NCBI GenBank assembly: GCA_947084965.1
Contig: CAMTUG010000002.1
Coordinates: 15,434 to 79,433 of the forward strand
Direction: 5' to 3'
Length of the DNA stretch: 64,000 bases
Source of the DNA: an uncultured Parcubacteria group bacterium
GTDB lineage: Bacteria; Patescibacteriota; Patescibacteriia; UBA9934; CAMTUG01
The notes beneath the pieces are model-generated. The model saw only the letters and a program-made list of their open reading frames with translations. It did not search any database and had not been told where the DNA came from. This document shows positions 56,206-64,000 of this stretch, in pieces. A program made the translations under genes and the position numbers. Positions within the stretch are counted from its first letter, which is position 1. The number at the start of each line of letters is the position of its first letter.

Positions 56206-56670
56206 ATGCGTGGCAAAGCAGCCCCAAAACGCTCGATTTTACCGGACGGCAAGTATTCGAATCTCGAAGTTGCCAAGTTCATTAACTACCTCATGTCTGA
56301 CGGAAAAAAGGCGACCTCTGAAAAGATCGTCTATTCTGCGTTTGACTTGATCACTGCCAAAAAACTCGATGCGCTTGAAGTGTTCGACAACGCCCTGAAG
56401 AAAGTGTCGCCAACGCTTGAGGTGAAGTCCCGCCGCGTCGGTGGAGCGAACTACCAGATTCCGATCCCAGTGCGTAACGAACGACGCATGTATCTTGCCT
56501 GTAAGTGGATTATTGATTCTGCGCGTGCCAAGAAGGGCCGTCCGATGCATGAAAAACTCGCAGAAGAATTGATGGCCGCCGCCGAAGGTACGGGCGATGC
56601 CTTCAAGAAGAAATCAGAAGTCCAGCGCATGGCCGATGCGAACAAAGCCTTTGCTCACTTTGCACGTTAA
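56206..56670 (+). CDS. rpsG: 30S ribosomal protein S7
   Basis: 154 aa; MRGKAAPKRSILPDGKYSNLEVAKFINYLMSDGKKATSEKIVY... Confidence 0.92.
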   Translation: MRGKAAPKRSILPDGKYSNLEVAKFINYLMSDGKKATSEKIVYSAFDLITAKKLDALEVFDNALKKVSPTLEVKSRRVGGANYQIPIPVRNERRMYLACKWIIDSARAKKGRPMHEKLAEELMAAAEGTGDAFKKKSEVQRMADANKAFAHFAR

Positions 56671-56673
56671 TCT

Positions 56674-58770
56674 ATGCCTCGCGAATATTCGCTCCTGAAC
56701 ACTCGCAACATCGGGATTATCGCCCACATCGACGCCGGAAAAACAACGACCACGGAACGCGTGCTTTACTACACGGGGAAGAAGCACAAGATCGGGGACG
56801 TGCACGAAGGGGAAGCGACCATGGACTGGATGGAACAGGAACGCGAGCGTGGGATCACGATTACGGCCGCGGCGACGACCTGTTTTTGGAAAGGACACCG
56901 CCTGAACATTATCGATACTCCAGGTCACGTGGACTTTACGGTGGAAGTGGAGCGCTCACTCCGTGTGCTTGATGGCGGCGTGACCGTCTTTGACGGTGTC
57001 GCTGGGGTGGAACCACAATCGGAAACGGTGTGGCACCAGGCAGACAAGTATCACGTGCCGCGCGTCTGTTTCATCAACAAGCTCGACCGCACCGGTGCGG
57101 ATTTCTACAAGGACTTGGATTCGATTCACGCCCGTTTATCGAAGAATGCCTACCCGATTCAGCTTCCGATCGGAACGGAAGATGAATTCACGGGGATCAT
57201 CGATCTTCTGAAGATGAAGGCGTTCATGCACCGTGATGACATGGGTAAGCAGGTCGACGAAATCGATATTCCAGAGGAGTACATGGAAAAGGCCAAGGAG
57301 TATCGCGCTAAACTAGTCGAGGCGATCGTTGAACACGACGATACGTTGATGAATCGTTATTTTGCCGGAGAAGAAATTTCGATTGAGGAGCTGAAGACGA
57401 CGTTGCGCAAAGCGGTTGTGGCGATGGCGATCTTCCCGGTTCTTTGCGGAAGTGCTTTGAAGAACAAAGGGGTGCAGATGATGCTCGACGCGGTTGTGGA
57501 CTTTCTTCCATCCCCGCTCGATCGTCCTGCGGTCGCTGGGTTTGATCCGGACGAACCAGAAAAAGAGATCACCCGTGAAACAGACGACGGCCAGCCGTTC
57601 GCAGCTCTCGCCTTTAAAGTCGCAGCTGATCCGTTTGTTGGAAAATTGATCTTCTTCCGTGTCTACTCAGGGAGCATCAAGTCCAGTTCGTATATTTTGA
57701 ACTCCTCGACCGGTGGAAAGGAACGCCTTTCGCGCATCGTCCGTTTGCACGCCAACTCGCGTGAAGATGTGGACGAGGTGTTTGCTGGAGAGATCGCCGC
57801 TGCGGTGGGATTGAAAGAAACGGTCACCGGAAACACCATGTGTGATCCAGATCACCCAATCGTGCTCGAATCGATCACCTTCCCAGCGCCAGTTATTTCC
57901 GTGGCTGTGGAACCGAAAACGAAAGTCGACCAGGAAAAGATGGGCCTCGCGTTGGCCAAACTTGCTGAAGAAGATCCGACCTTCCATGTGCACACCGACC
58001 CAGAGACGCTCCAGACGATTATCGCTGGGATGGGTGAATTGCATCTTGAAATTATCGTTGATCGCATGAAGCGCGAATACTCGGTCGAAGCGAACGTTGG
58101 TAAGCCGCAGGTTGCGTATCGCGAAACGATCAAGAAGGCGGCCGAAGCGCAAGGGAAGTACATCCGCCAGACCGGTGGTCGTGGGCAGTACGGTGACTGT
58201 TGGATCCGCCTTGAACCGAACGAACCTGGAAAAGGATTCGAATTCTTTGAAGAGATCAAAGGTGGCGCCATTCCAAAAGAATTTATCAACCCGATCGAAA
58301 AGGGTGTCAAAGAAGCGACCGAACGTGGTGTGCTCGCTGGCTACCCAGTGGTGGACGTCAAAGCGACCGTTTTCGACGGTTCGTACCACGACGTCGACTC
58401 TTCGGAAGCGGCCTTTAAGATCGCTGGCTCGATGGCGTTCCAAGAAGCGGCCAAGCAGGCCGGGATCGCTCTTCTTGAACCGATGATGAAAGTCGAAGTG
58501 GTCACCCCAGAAGATTTCATGGGGACGGTCATGGGTGACTTGAACTCCCGCCGCGGACAGATTCAGGAGATGGGTGAACGCGGAACGGTCAAAACCGTGC
58601 GTGCGCTCGTCCCGCTTTCGGAAATGTTCGGCTACGCCACGACGGTGCGCTCCTTGACCCAGGGACGCGCGAGCTACTCGATGGAATTCGGCCACTACGC
58701 CGAAGTTCCAGGCAACGTCGCCAAGGCGATCATTGAAGCGCGTGCGGGTGTGGTCAAGCGCGTGACCTAG
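56674..58770 (+). CDS. fusA: elongation factor G
   Basis: [31 protein letters not shown], domains II-V. Confidence 0.97.
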   Translation: MPREYSLLNTRNIGIIAHIDAGKTTTTERVLYYTGKKHKIGDVHEGEATMDWMEQERERGITITAAATTCFWKGHRLNIIDTPGHVDFTVEVERSLRVLDGGVTVFDGVAGVEPQSETVWHQADKYHVPRVCFINKLDRTGADFYKDLDSIHARLSKNAYPIQLPIGTEDEFTGIIDLLKMKAFMHRDDMGKQVDEIDIPEEYMEKAKEYRAKLVEAIVEHDDTLMNRYFAGEEISIEELKTTLRKAVVAMAIFPVLCGSALKNKGVQMMLDAVVDFLPSPLDRPAVAGFDPDEPEKEITRETDDGQPFAALAFKVAADPFVGKLIFFRVYSGSIKSSSYILNSSTGGKERLSRIVRLHANSREDVDEVFAGEIAAAVGLKETVTGNTMCDPDHPIVLESITFPAPVISVAVEPKTKVDQEKMGLALAKLAEEDPTFHVHTDPETLQTIIAGMGELHLEIIVDRMKREYSVEANVGKPQVAYRETIKKAAEAQGKYIRQTGGRGQYGDCWIRLEPNEPGKGFEFFEEIKGGAIPKEFINPIEKGVKEATERGVLAGYPVVDVKATVFDGSYHDVDSSEAAFKIAGSMAFQEAAKQAGIALLEPMMKVEVVTPEDFMGTVMGDLNSRRGQIQEMGERGTVKTVRALVPLSEMFGYATTVRSLTQGRASYSMEFGHYAEVPGNVAKAIIEARAGVVKRVT

Positions 58771-58801
58771 CTCGGGACAAATGACAGATGACGAATGACA
58801 A

Positions 58802-58840
58802 ATGATGGGTGGGACGCTGTCCTACCCATCATTTTGTGTT
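58802..58840 (+). terminator. rho-independent terminator after fusA
   Basis: atgatgggtgggac-gctg-gtcctacccatcat + tttgtgtt; preceded by direct repeats gacaaatga x2. Confidence 0.6.
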
Positions 58841-58854
58841 ATCGTGTTTCCAAT

Positions 58855-59151
58855 ATGTCACGCATCGTTCTCGTTCATGGATTCGCCGTTGGACTCACCG
58901 CACCGATTGTGCGGCGAGGGTTCGGGGCGTCGGCGAGTTTTCGTGCGTTCGATGCGTTTGTTGAGCGTGGAGAGGCCGCGGTTTTTCGCTGGGGGATTGA
59001 ATGTCACGTTAAGCCGTGGCAACTGATGAATCTCATTTTTCTCCACGGTCATTACCTGGGTGAAAGGGCATTGGCGATGGATCCCGCCACGATCGATGAT
59101 GTAAAAACGTTTCTTGAAAAAGAACGACCGCGCGTGGTCGTTGCTCATTAA
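58855..59151 (+). CDS. hypothetical 98-aa protein inserted between fusA and tuf
   Basis: MSRIVLVHGFAVG...; no motif; ORF track start 58795. Confidence 0.4.
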   Translation: MSRIVLVHGFAVGLTAPIVRRGFGASASFRAFDAFVERGEAAVFRWGIECHVKPWQLMNLIFLHGHYLGERALAMDPATIDDVKTFLEKERPRVVVAH

Positions 59152-59282
59152 AATCTTCCCGTTGACCAAACCGCTCAACCTGCACACCAGCTCCATTCGC
59201 GACCCAAAGCTCGTTCAATTTGTAGAGTCTCTTTAAAAGCCAACACCCCAGCGCCGTCGTGCACATGGGGTGTGAAGTGGCA

Positions 59283-59582
59283 TCACCGCCTGTTGGTGGC
59301 CGGGCTGTCAGGGACCTCCTGGCGGCGTTCCAGGAGCTTGATCTCGAGACAGATCTGCTCGCACCTGTCCAGGTATCCGGTGAACCAGTAGCCGAGCGGG
59401 AAGAACGCGGAGATCCCGACGACGATCCGGCTGACCAGAAGCGGCCAGTCGAAGATGAGGGCGAGGAGCGTCGTGATCAGCATCATCTCGACGCAGATCA
59501 CGGTGATCTTCCACGCCTCGCGCTCCATCTTGTCCATGAGCGCCTCCAGCTTCTGCTCCAGTGTCAACTTCTGCGGTTTCAT
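59283..59582 (-). CDS. small 2-TM membrane protein (99 aa), antisense to str operon
   Basis: Strong SD AAGGAG 7 nt upstream of ATG (59582); GC ~60%, GC3-rich; MKPQKLTLEQ...ITTLLALIFDWPLLVSRIVVGISAFFPLGYWF. Confidence 0.5.
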   Translation of the reverse strand: MKPQKLTLEQKLEALMDKMEREAWKITVICVEMMLITTLLALIFDWPLLVSRIVVGISAFFPLGYWFTGYLDRCEQICLEIKLLERRQEVPDSPATNRR

Positions 59583-59709
59583 CAGTGACTCCTTCTGTGG
59601 CAGGTGGAGGGACTTCATATCATGTGTGTCGTAAAAAGTCAATCCTCTGTGTACAGCCTGTTCACGGGCGCCTTGACACTCGGTCTCCATCAGATAAGAT
59701 AGGCGGACT

Positions 59710-60189
59710 ATGAATCGTCAATTTAAGCGCATTTTAAGCCTCGTAAAGAAGACCGGAGATCGGTTGATTGTGACCGACCCGGACGGCAACGAATCGTATG
59801 TGGTCATGGATTTAGACCAATATGAAGGGCTTTTGGGTTTAGGCTGGGATGATGACGATGATTTCGGGGACTGGGAAGGGCCGCAGGGGCCGACGTGGAG
59901 CCCAGAAGATGACGGGGACCTGGTGAATCTGGATGATTTGGACAAAACAGCGGCCGATGTCGGAATGACAGAAGTCTCCCAACCGTCGGCTGAAATGACC
60001 AACGGCGAAGCAAGTTCATTACCGCCTGCGGAAGATATCCGCAAAGCGGTAGAACACGATCTGGCGATCCTTGAATCCTGGCAGAGTGAAAAGGAGACAG
60101 ATCAAAAACCAGAAGTTGAAAAAAAGCCCGAAGGTGAGCAAAAAATTGACCCTGATGAAGAACGTTTCTATCTCGAGCCGATTGAGTAA
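59710..60189 (+). CDS. acidic protein with Phd/YefM-like N-terminal segment and long Asp/Glu-rich tail
   Basis: RLIVTDPDGNESYVVMDLDQYEGLL resembles antitoxin-like N-terminal fold; remainder low-complexity acidic. Confidence 0.45.
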   Translation: MNRQFKRILSLVKKTGDRLIVTDPDGNESYVVMDLDQYEGLLGLGWDDDDDFGDWEGPQGPTWSPEDDGDLVNLDDLDKTAADVGMTEVSQPSAEMTNGEASSLPPAEDIRKAVEHDLAILESWQSEKETDQKPEVEKKPEGEQKIDPDEERFYLEPIE

Positions 60190-60275
60190 CCCTAAGCACT
60201 TGCACGATTTTCGGAGTCCTGATACACTAGCGCCACCTAAAAAACTCTATCGATTTTAAGCTAATTTAAGCACGT

Positions 60276-61469
60276 ATGGCGGACGTCTTTCAACGAACAA
60301 AACCACACGTGAACGTCGGAACCATTGGTCACGTTGACCACGGAAAGACGACGCTCACCGCTGCAATCCTGACCGTGCTCGGAGCACACGGGATGACCGC
60401 TCAGAAAAAGGGCATTGCCGATCTCGACAAAGCCCCTGAATCGAAGTCCCGTGGGATCACCATCGCCACGGCTCACACCGAATACGAATCGGCTACCCGT
60501 CACTACGCCCACGTTGACTGTCCAGGTCACGCGGACTACGTCAAGAACATGATCACCGGTGCCGCCCAGATGGACGGTGCAATCTTGGTGGTCTCGGCCG
60601 CTGATGGTCCAATGCCACAGACCCGCGAGCACATTCTTTTGGCTCGTCAGGTCGGTGTGCCTTCGATCGTTGTCTTCTTGAACAAAGTGGACATGGTTGA
60701 TGATCCGGAACTCGTCGACTTGGTCGAAGAGGAAATCCGCGATCTTTTGAAGAAATACGAATTCCCTGGCGACACCACCCCGATCATCCGTGGTTCAGCG
60801 CTCAAAGCGCTCGAAAATCCTTCGGATCCGGAGGCGTCCAAGCCAGTGCTCGATCTGATTGCCAAGCTCGATGAATACATCCCAGAACCTGTGCGTGAAA
60901 CGGACAAGCCGTTCCTCATGCCGGTTGAAGACGTCTTCTCGATTGAAGGTCGTGGCACGGTGGTCACCGGCCGTATCGAACGCGGTACGTTGAACGTCGG
61001 CGACGAAGCTGAAATCATCGGTCTTCGCCCAGACAACATGAAGACCACGGTGACTGGTATTGAAATGTTCAACAAGCAGCTCGACAAGGGTATGGCTGGT
61101 GATAACGCCGGCGTGCTCCTTCGTGGGACGAAAAAGGAAGAAGTTGAACGCGGGATGGTGCTCGCCAAGCCAGGTTCGATCACCCCGCACACCGAATTCG
61201 AAGCTCAAATGTACGTCCTTACCAAAGAAGAAGGTGGTCGTCACAAGCCATTCTTCAAGGGCTACAAACCGCAATTCTACATCCGCACGACCGACGTGAC
61301 CGGTGAGATCACCCTTCCGGAAGGAACGGAGATGGTCATGCCTGGTGACACGGTGAACGTCAAAGTGGCGCTCATCCAGCCGGTCGCTTTGGAAGAAAAG
61401 CAGCGCTTTGCTATTCGCGAAGGCGGACGCACGGTGGGAGCTGGCGCGGTTGTGAAGATTATCAAGTAA
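60276..61469 (+). CDS. tuf: elongation factor Tu
   Basis: [26 protein letters not shown]. Confidence 0.97.
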   Translation: MADVFQRTKPHVNVGTIGHVDHGKTTLTAAILTVLGAHGMTAQKKGIADLDKAPESKSRGITIATAHTEYESATRHYAHVDCPGHADYVKNMITGAAQMDGAILVVSAADGPMPQTREHILLARQVGVPSIVVFLNKVDMVDDPELVDLVEEEIRDLLKKYEFPGDTTPIIRGSALKALENPSDPEASKPVLDLIAKLDEYIPEPVRETDKPFLMPVEDVFSIEGRGTVVTGRIERGTLNVGDEAEIIGLRPDNMKTTVTGIEMFNKQLDKGMAGDNAGVLLRGTKKEEVERGMVLAKPGSITPHTEFEAQMYVLTKEEGGRHKPFFKGYKPQFYIRTTDVTGEITLPEGTEMVMPGDTVNVKVALIQPVALEEKQRFAIREGGRTVGAGAVVKIIK

Positions 61470-61527
61470 ATCAAGGTGGGGCGGGATAAAACCCGCCCCT
61501 CTCCTCGTTGAAACGCACCTTATCATT

Positions 61528-61863
61528 ATGGCCCAGGCAACGAAAACAACTGAAGCTCCAGCGACACGCATCCGCATCAAGATCCGTGCGTATGATCATA
61601 AGATTATTGATCAGGCCACGGAGACGATTATCAAGACCGCGGAGCGTTCCGGTGCCAAGGTGTTGGGACCGATTCCGTTGCCGACCGAGAAACGTAAGTA
61701 CACGGTCAACCGCTCGACCTTCGTGCACAAAACGTCTCGCGATCAATTTGAAATTCGTACCCACAAGCGTCTGATCGACATCATCGAGCCGACCGAACGG
61801 ACGGTCGATGCCCTGATGTCGCTCTCGTTGCCAAGTGGGGTCGATGTCGAAATCAAAATGTAA
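61528..61863 (+). CDS. rpsJ: 30S ribosomal protein S10
   Basis: [49 protein letters not shown]. Confidence 0.95.
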   Translation: MAQATKTTEAPATRIRIKIRAYDHKIIDQATETIIKTAERSGAKVLGPIPLPTEKRKYTVNRSTFVHKTSRDQFEIRTHKRLIDIIEPTERTVDALMSLSLPSGVDVEIKM

Positions 61864-61997
61864 GACCGGGGAACACGTGCTCAAGAACAGAGAAGAAAGA
61901 TCCTTCGGGAAAACCTTCTCACGATTCACGAGCACGTCAGGGAGTCACGTGAACGATTAAAAATTTTAGAGGCAAATCCTTCAACCGATCAGAAGGT

Positions 61998-62050
61998 CAG
62001 AAGTCGGATGCTCAGCTCTGCTGGGATATCGACTTCTGGCTTTTCTCTTA
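61998..62050 (+). terminator. intrinsic-terminator-like hairpin (possible attenuator) between rpsJ and rplC
   Basis: CAGAAGTCG-gatgctcagctctgctgggatat-CGACTTCTG + gcttttctctt, 18 nt before rplC ATG; a second stem-loop at 61873-61940. Confidence 0.4.
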
Positions 62051-62068
62051 CCTCAAGTCAGCACGCGT

Positions 62069-62698
62069 ATGAAAGCGATCATCGGAAAAAAACTCAAAAT
62101 GACACAGATCTTTGCCGCCGACGGCACGGTTGTACCGGTGACCTTGGTTGAAGCTGGTCCCTGTGTCGTGACCGAAGTGAAGACCGCAGAAAAAGATAAG
62201 TATAACGCGGTGGCGATCGGTTTTGGCAAACAGAAGCATCAGAACAAGCCGGAAGCAGGCCATTTCAAGGAGCTCGGCGCGTTCCAGGTCGTCCGCGAAT
62301 TCCGTACTCAGAATGCGGCTGACGTGAAGCGTGGTGATGTACTCGACGTTTCAGCCTTTACCATCGGTGATCATGTTGATGTGATCGGGGTGTCCAAAGG
62401 ACGCGGGTTCCAGGGGGTGGTGAAGCGCCACGGGTTTGGCGGTGCTCCAAAGACCCACGGTCACAAGCACGACCTTCGTGCACCAGGTTCGATCGGTGCC
62501 GGTGGTGTGCAACGCGTCTTTAAGGGGATGCGTATGGCTGGCCGGATGGGGGGTGATCGTGTCACCGTCAAAAACTTGGAAGTCATGCAGATTGACGCCG
62601 GAAAGAATATTCTTGCCATTCGCGGTGCGGTGCCGGGCGCCTTTGGGAGCACGATCCTCATCAATGCCCGCGAAGCAAAAACGATCTGGTTAAGCTAA
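62069..62698 (+). CDS. rplC: 50S ribosomal protein L3
   Basis: [15 protein letters not shown]..., [17 protein letters not shown]. Confidence 0.95.
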   Translation: MKAIIGKKLKMTQIFAADGTVVPVTLVEAGPCVVTEVKTAEKDKYNAVAIGFGKQKHQNKPEAGHFKELGAFQVVREFRTQNAADVKRGDVLDVSAFTIGDHVDVIGVSKGRGFQGVVKRHGFGGAPKTHGHKHDLRAPGSIGAGGVQRVFKGMRMAGRMGGDRVTVKNLEVMQIDAGKNILAIRGAVPGAFGSTILINAREAKTIWLS

Positions 62699-62701
62699 GG
62701 T

Positions 62702-63334
62702 ATGGCCAAAGTTAATTTGTACAACATGGATGGCAAGACGGTCGGCGAGCTCGCGCTCAACGACAACGTCTTTGGCGTCGAAGTAAAACCAACGCTCATC
62801 CACGAAGCGAGTGTGGCACAGGATCACAACGCGCGAGTGGCCATTGCCCACACCAAAACACGCGGAGAAGTGCGTGGTGGTGGAAAGAAGCCATGGAAGC
62901 AAAAGGGGACCGGTCGTGCCCGTCACGGGTCGACGCGTTCGCCAATTTGGGTGGGTGGGGGTGTCACGTTTGGTCCTCGTAAGGATCGCACCTTTGATAT
63001 TAAGGTCAACAAGAAGGTTCGCCGTAAAGCCATTTGCATGGTCCTTTCAGATCGTGTGAACGATGCACACCTGATCGCTCTCGATGTGATCGGCTCTGAA
63101 GGCGGGAAGACCAAAACTCTCGCTGCTGCGATCAAGAAGTTGCCGGGAGCAGGACGCTCAACACTGTTGATTGTTGATCCAAAGAATACGGACGTACGTC
63201 GTGCTGCACAGAACATTCCGAAGGTGACGACGATTGATCCGCAATCACTCAACGTTAATGATCTGCTTCGCAACGAATACGTCATGGTCTCCCAGGCAGA
63301 CATTGATCTGATCGCTTCAACCTACGGAAAATAA
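62702..63334 (+). CDS. rplD: 50S ribosomal protein L4
   Basis: KPWKQKGTGRARHGSTRSPIWVGGGVTFGP. Confidence 0.93.
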   Translation: MAKVNLYNMDGKTVGELALNDNVFGVEVKPTLIHEASVAQDHNARVAIAHTKTRGEVRGGGKKPWKQKGTGRARHGSTRSPIWVGGGVTFGPRKDRTFDIKVNKKVRRKAICMVLSDRVNDAHLIALDVIGSEGGKTKTLAAAIKKLPGAGRSTLLIVDPKNTDVRRAAQNIPKVTTIDPQSLNVNDLLRNEYVMVSQADIDLIASTYGK

Positions 63335-63335
63335 T

Positions 63336-63782
63336 ATGGGACTCTTAGATCGCTTCAAGAAGCAGAAAGAAGTGGAAGTCGGTGGTGCCAAAGCCGCGGT
63401 TGTTTCGGACGTGAAGAAAGAAGAAGGTAAGAAGACAAAAACGGTTGCTAAGAAGGAAGCACCAAATGAAGAAAAGAAGCTAGTGAAGGTCGTGCGCGCT
63501 GAAACAGCTCGCGTCATCATCTCCCCGCTTATTACCGAAAAGGCCGGCCACTTGGCTACCCAGCATACCTACGTTTTCGAAGTCATGCCCAAAGCGACGC
63601 GTACCCAGATCGCTAGCGCTTTCCGTGAGCTTTACGGGGTGAAGGCAGAACGCGTGAACACATTGAAGATGCGCCCTGAGCCCGTGTCCTTCGGTCGTTC
63701 GTCTGGTAAGCAGAAGGGTCGCAAGAAAGCGATGATCACGATTGCCAAAGGGAAATCGATTCAAGTTTACGAAGGCGTGTAA
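63336..63782 (+). CDS. rplW: 50S ribosomal protein L23 (N-terminal Lys-rich extension)
   Basis: VIISPLITEKAGHLATQHTYVFEV...AKGKSIQVYEG. Confidence 0.9.
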   Translation: MGLLDRFKKQKEVEVGGAKAAVVSDVKKEEGKKTKTVAKKEAPNEEKKLVKVVRAETARVIISPLITEKAGHLATQHTYVFEVMPKATRTQIASAFRELYGVKAERVNTLKMRPEPVSFGRSSGKQKGRKKAMITIAKGKSIQVYEGV

Positions 63783-63788
63783 TTTATT

Positions 63789-64000
63789 ATGCCAATCAAA
63801 CGCTACAACCCAACTTCCGCCGGTCGACGTATTTCAAGCGTTGACGCACGTATCGACGTGACGACGGAAACACCGCACAAGCGGTTGGTTGTAGCCCGCA
63901 AAAAACATGCTGGTCGTAGCAACGGAAAGATTAGCGTTCGCCACCGTGGGGGTGGCTCCCGTCAGTTTGTGCGTCTGGTTGATTGGAAGCAAGAAAAGTT
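63789..64000 (+). CDS. rplB: 50S ribosomal protein L2 (5' portion; runs off window)
   Basis: ATG at 63789: MPIKRYNPTSAGRRISSVDARIDVTT...HRGGGSRQFVRLVDWKQE; not in ORF track because truncated. Confidence 0.85.
   Translation, partial: MPIKRYNPTSAGRRISSVDARIDVTTETPHKRLVVARKKHAGRSNGKISVRHRGGGSRQFVRLVDWKQEK

Overview
The window is about 64 kb of a moderately GC-rich (~52-55%) bacterial chromosome, gene-dense, with house-keeping operons on both strands. Secure calls are Hsp20 (partial), an ABC-F ATPase, pyruvate kinase (barrel only, no C-terminal domain), tsaD-tsaE, pilB, ftsH, rpsA, gyrA, rpmF-nusB-rnc, three tRNAs (Glu-TTC, Lys-CTT, Arg-TCG), a Zur-ZIP zinc module, proS, HU, RNase Y, truB, an orphan histidine kinase, a type IV pilin, infB, trxA/trxB, gdh, leuS, ugd, a two-ORF ComEC, ndk, murA, rpmB, an M50 protease and the str/S10 ribosomal operon (rpsL-rpsG-fusA-[insert]-tuf-rpsJ-rplC-rplD-rplW-rplB'). 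Short ProRS, barrel-only PK, split ComEC, pilin/PilB competence hardware and many secreted or membrane hypotheticals suggest a reduced-genome, possibly CPR/Patescibacteria-like organism; this is inference only. The signals most worth follow-up: (1) several compositionally foreign, GC3-rich genes, chiefly a two-gene cassette (453-aa unknown plus HemK/TrmN6-like MTase, ~68% GC) inserted between an Asp/Glu racemase and an M19 dipeptidase; (2) two small dispersed repeat families, a heptamer (AAATMCG)n element, one copy in-frame inside leuS, and a GGTAAGTAGTAAG palindromic element between operon genes; (3) a Zur regulon with two 18-bp palindromic operators; (4) a candidate ~200-nt structured ncRNA; (5) an attenuator-like terminator between rpsJ and rplC; (6) an RHH regulator with upstream direct repeats; (7) a tRNA-Glu 3'-end duplication. 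No CRISPR array, rRNA or obvious transposase was found.
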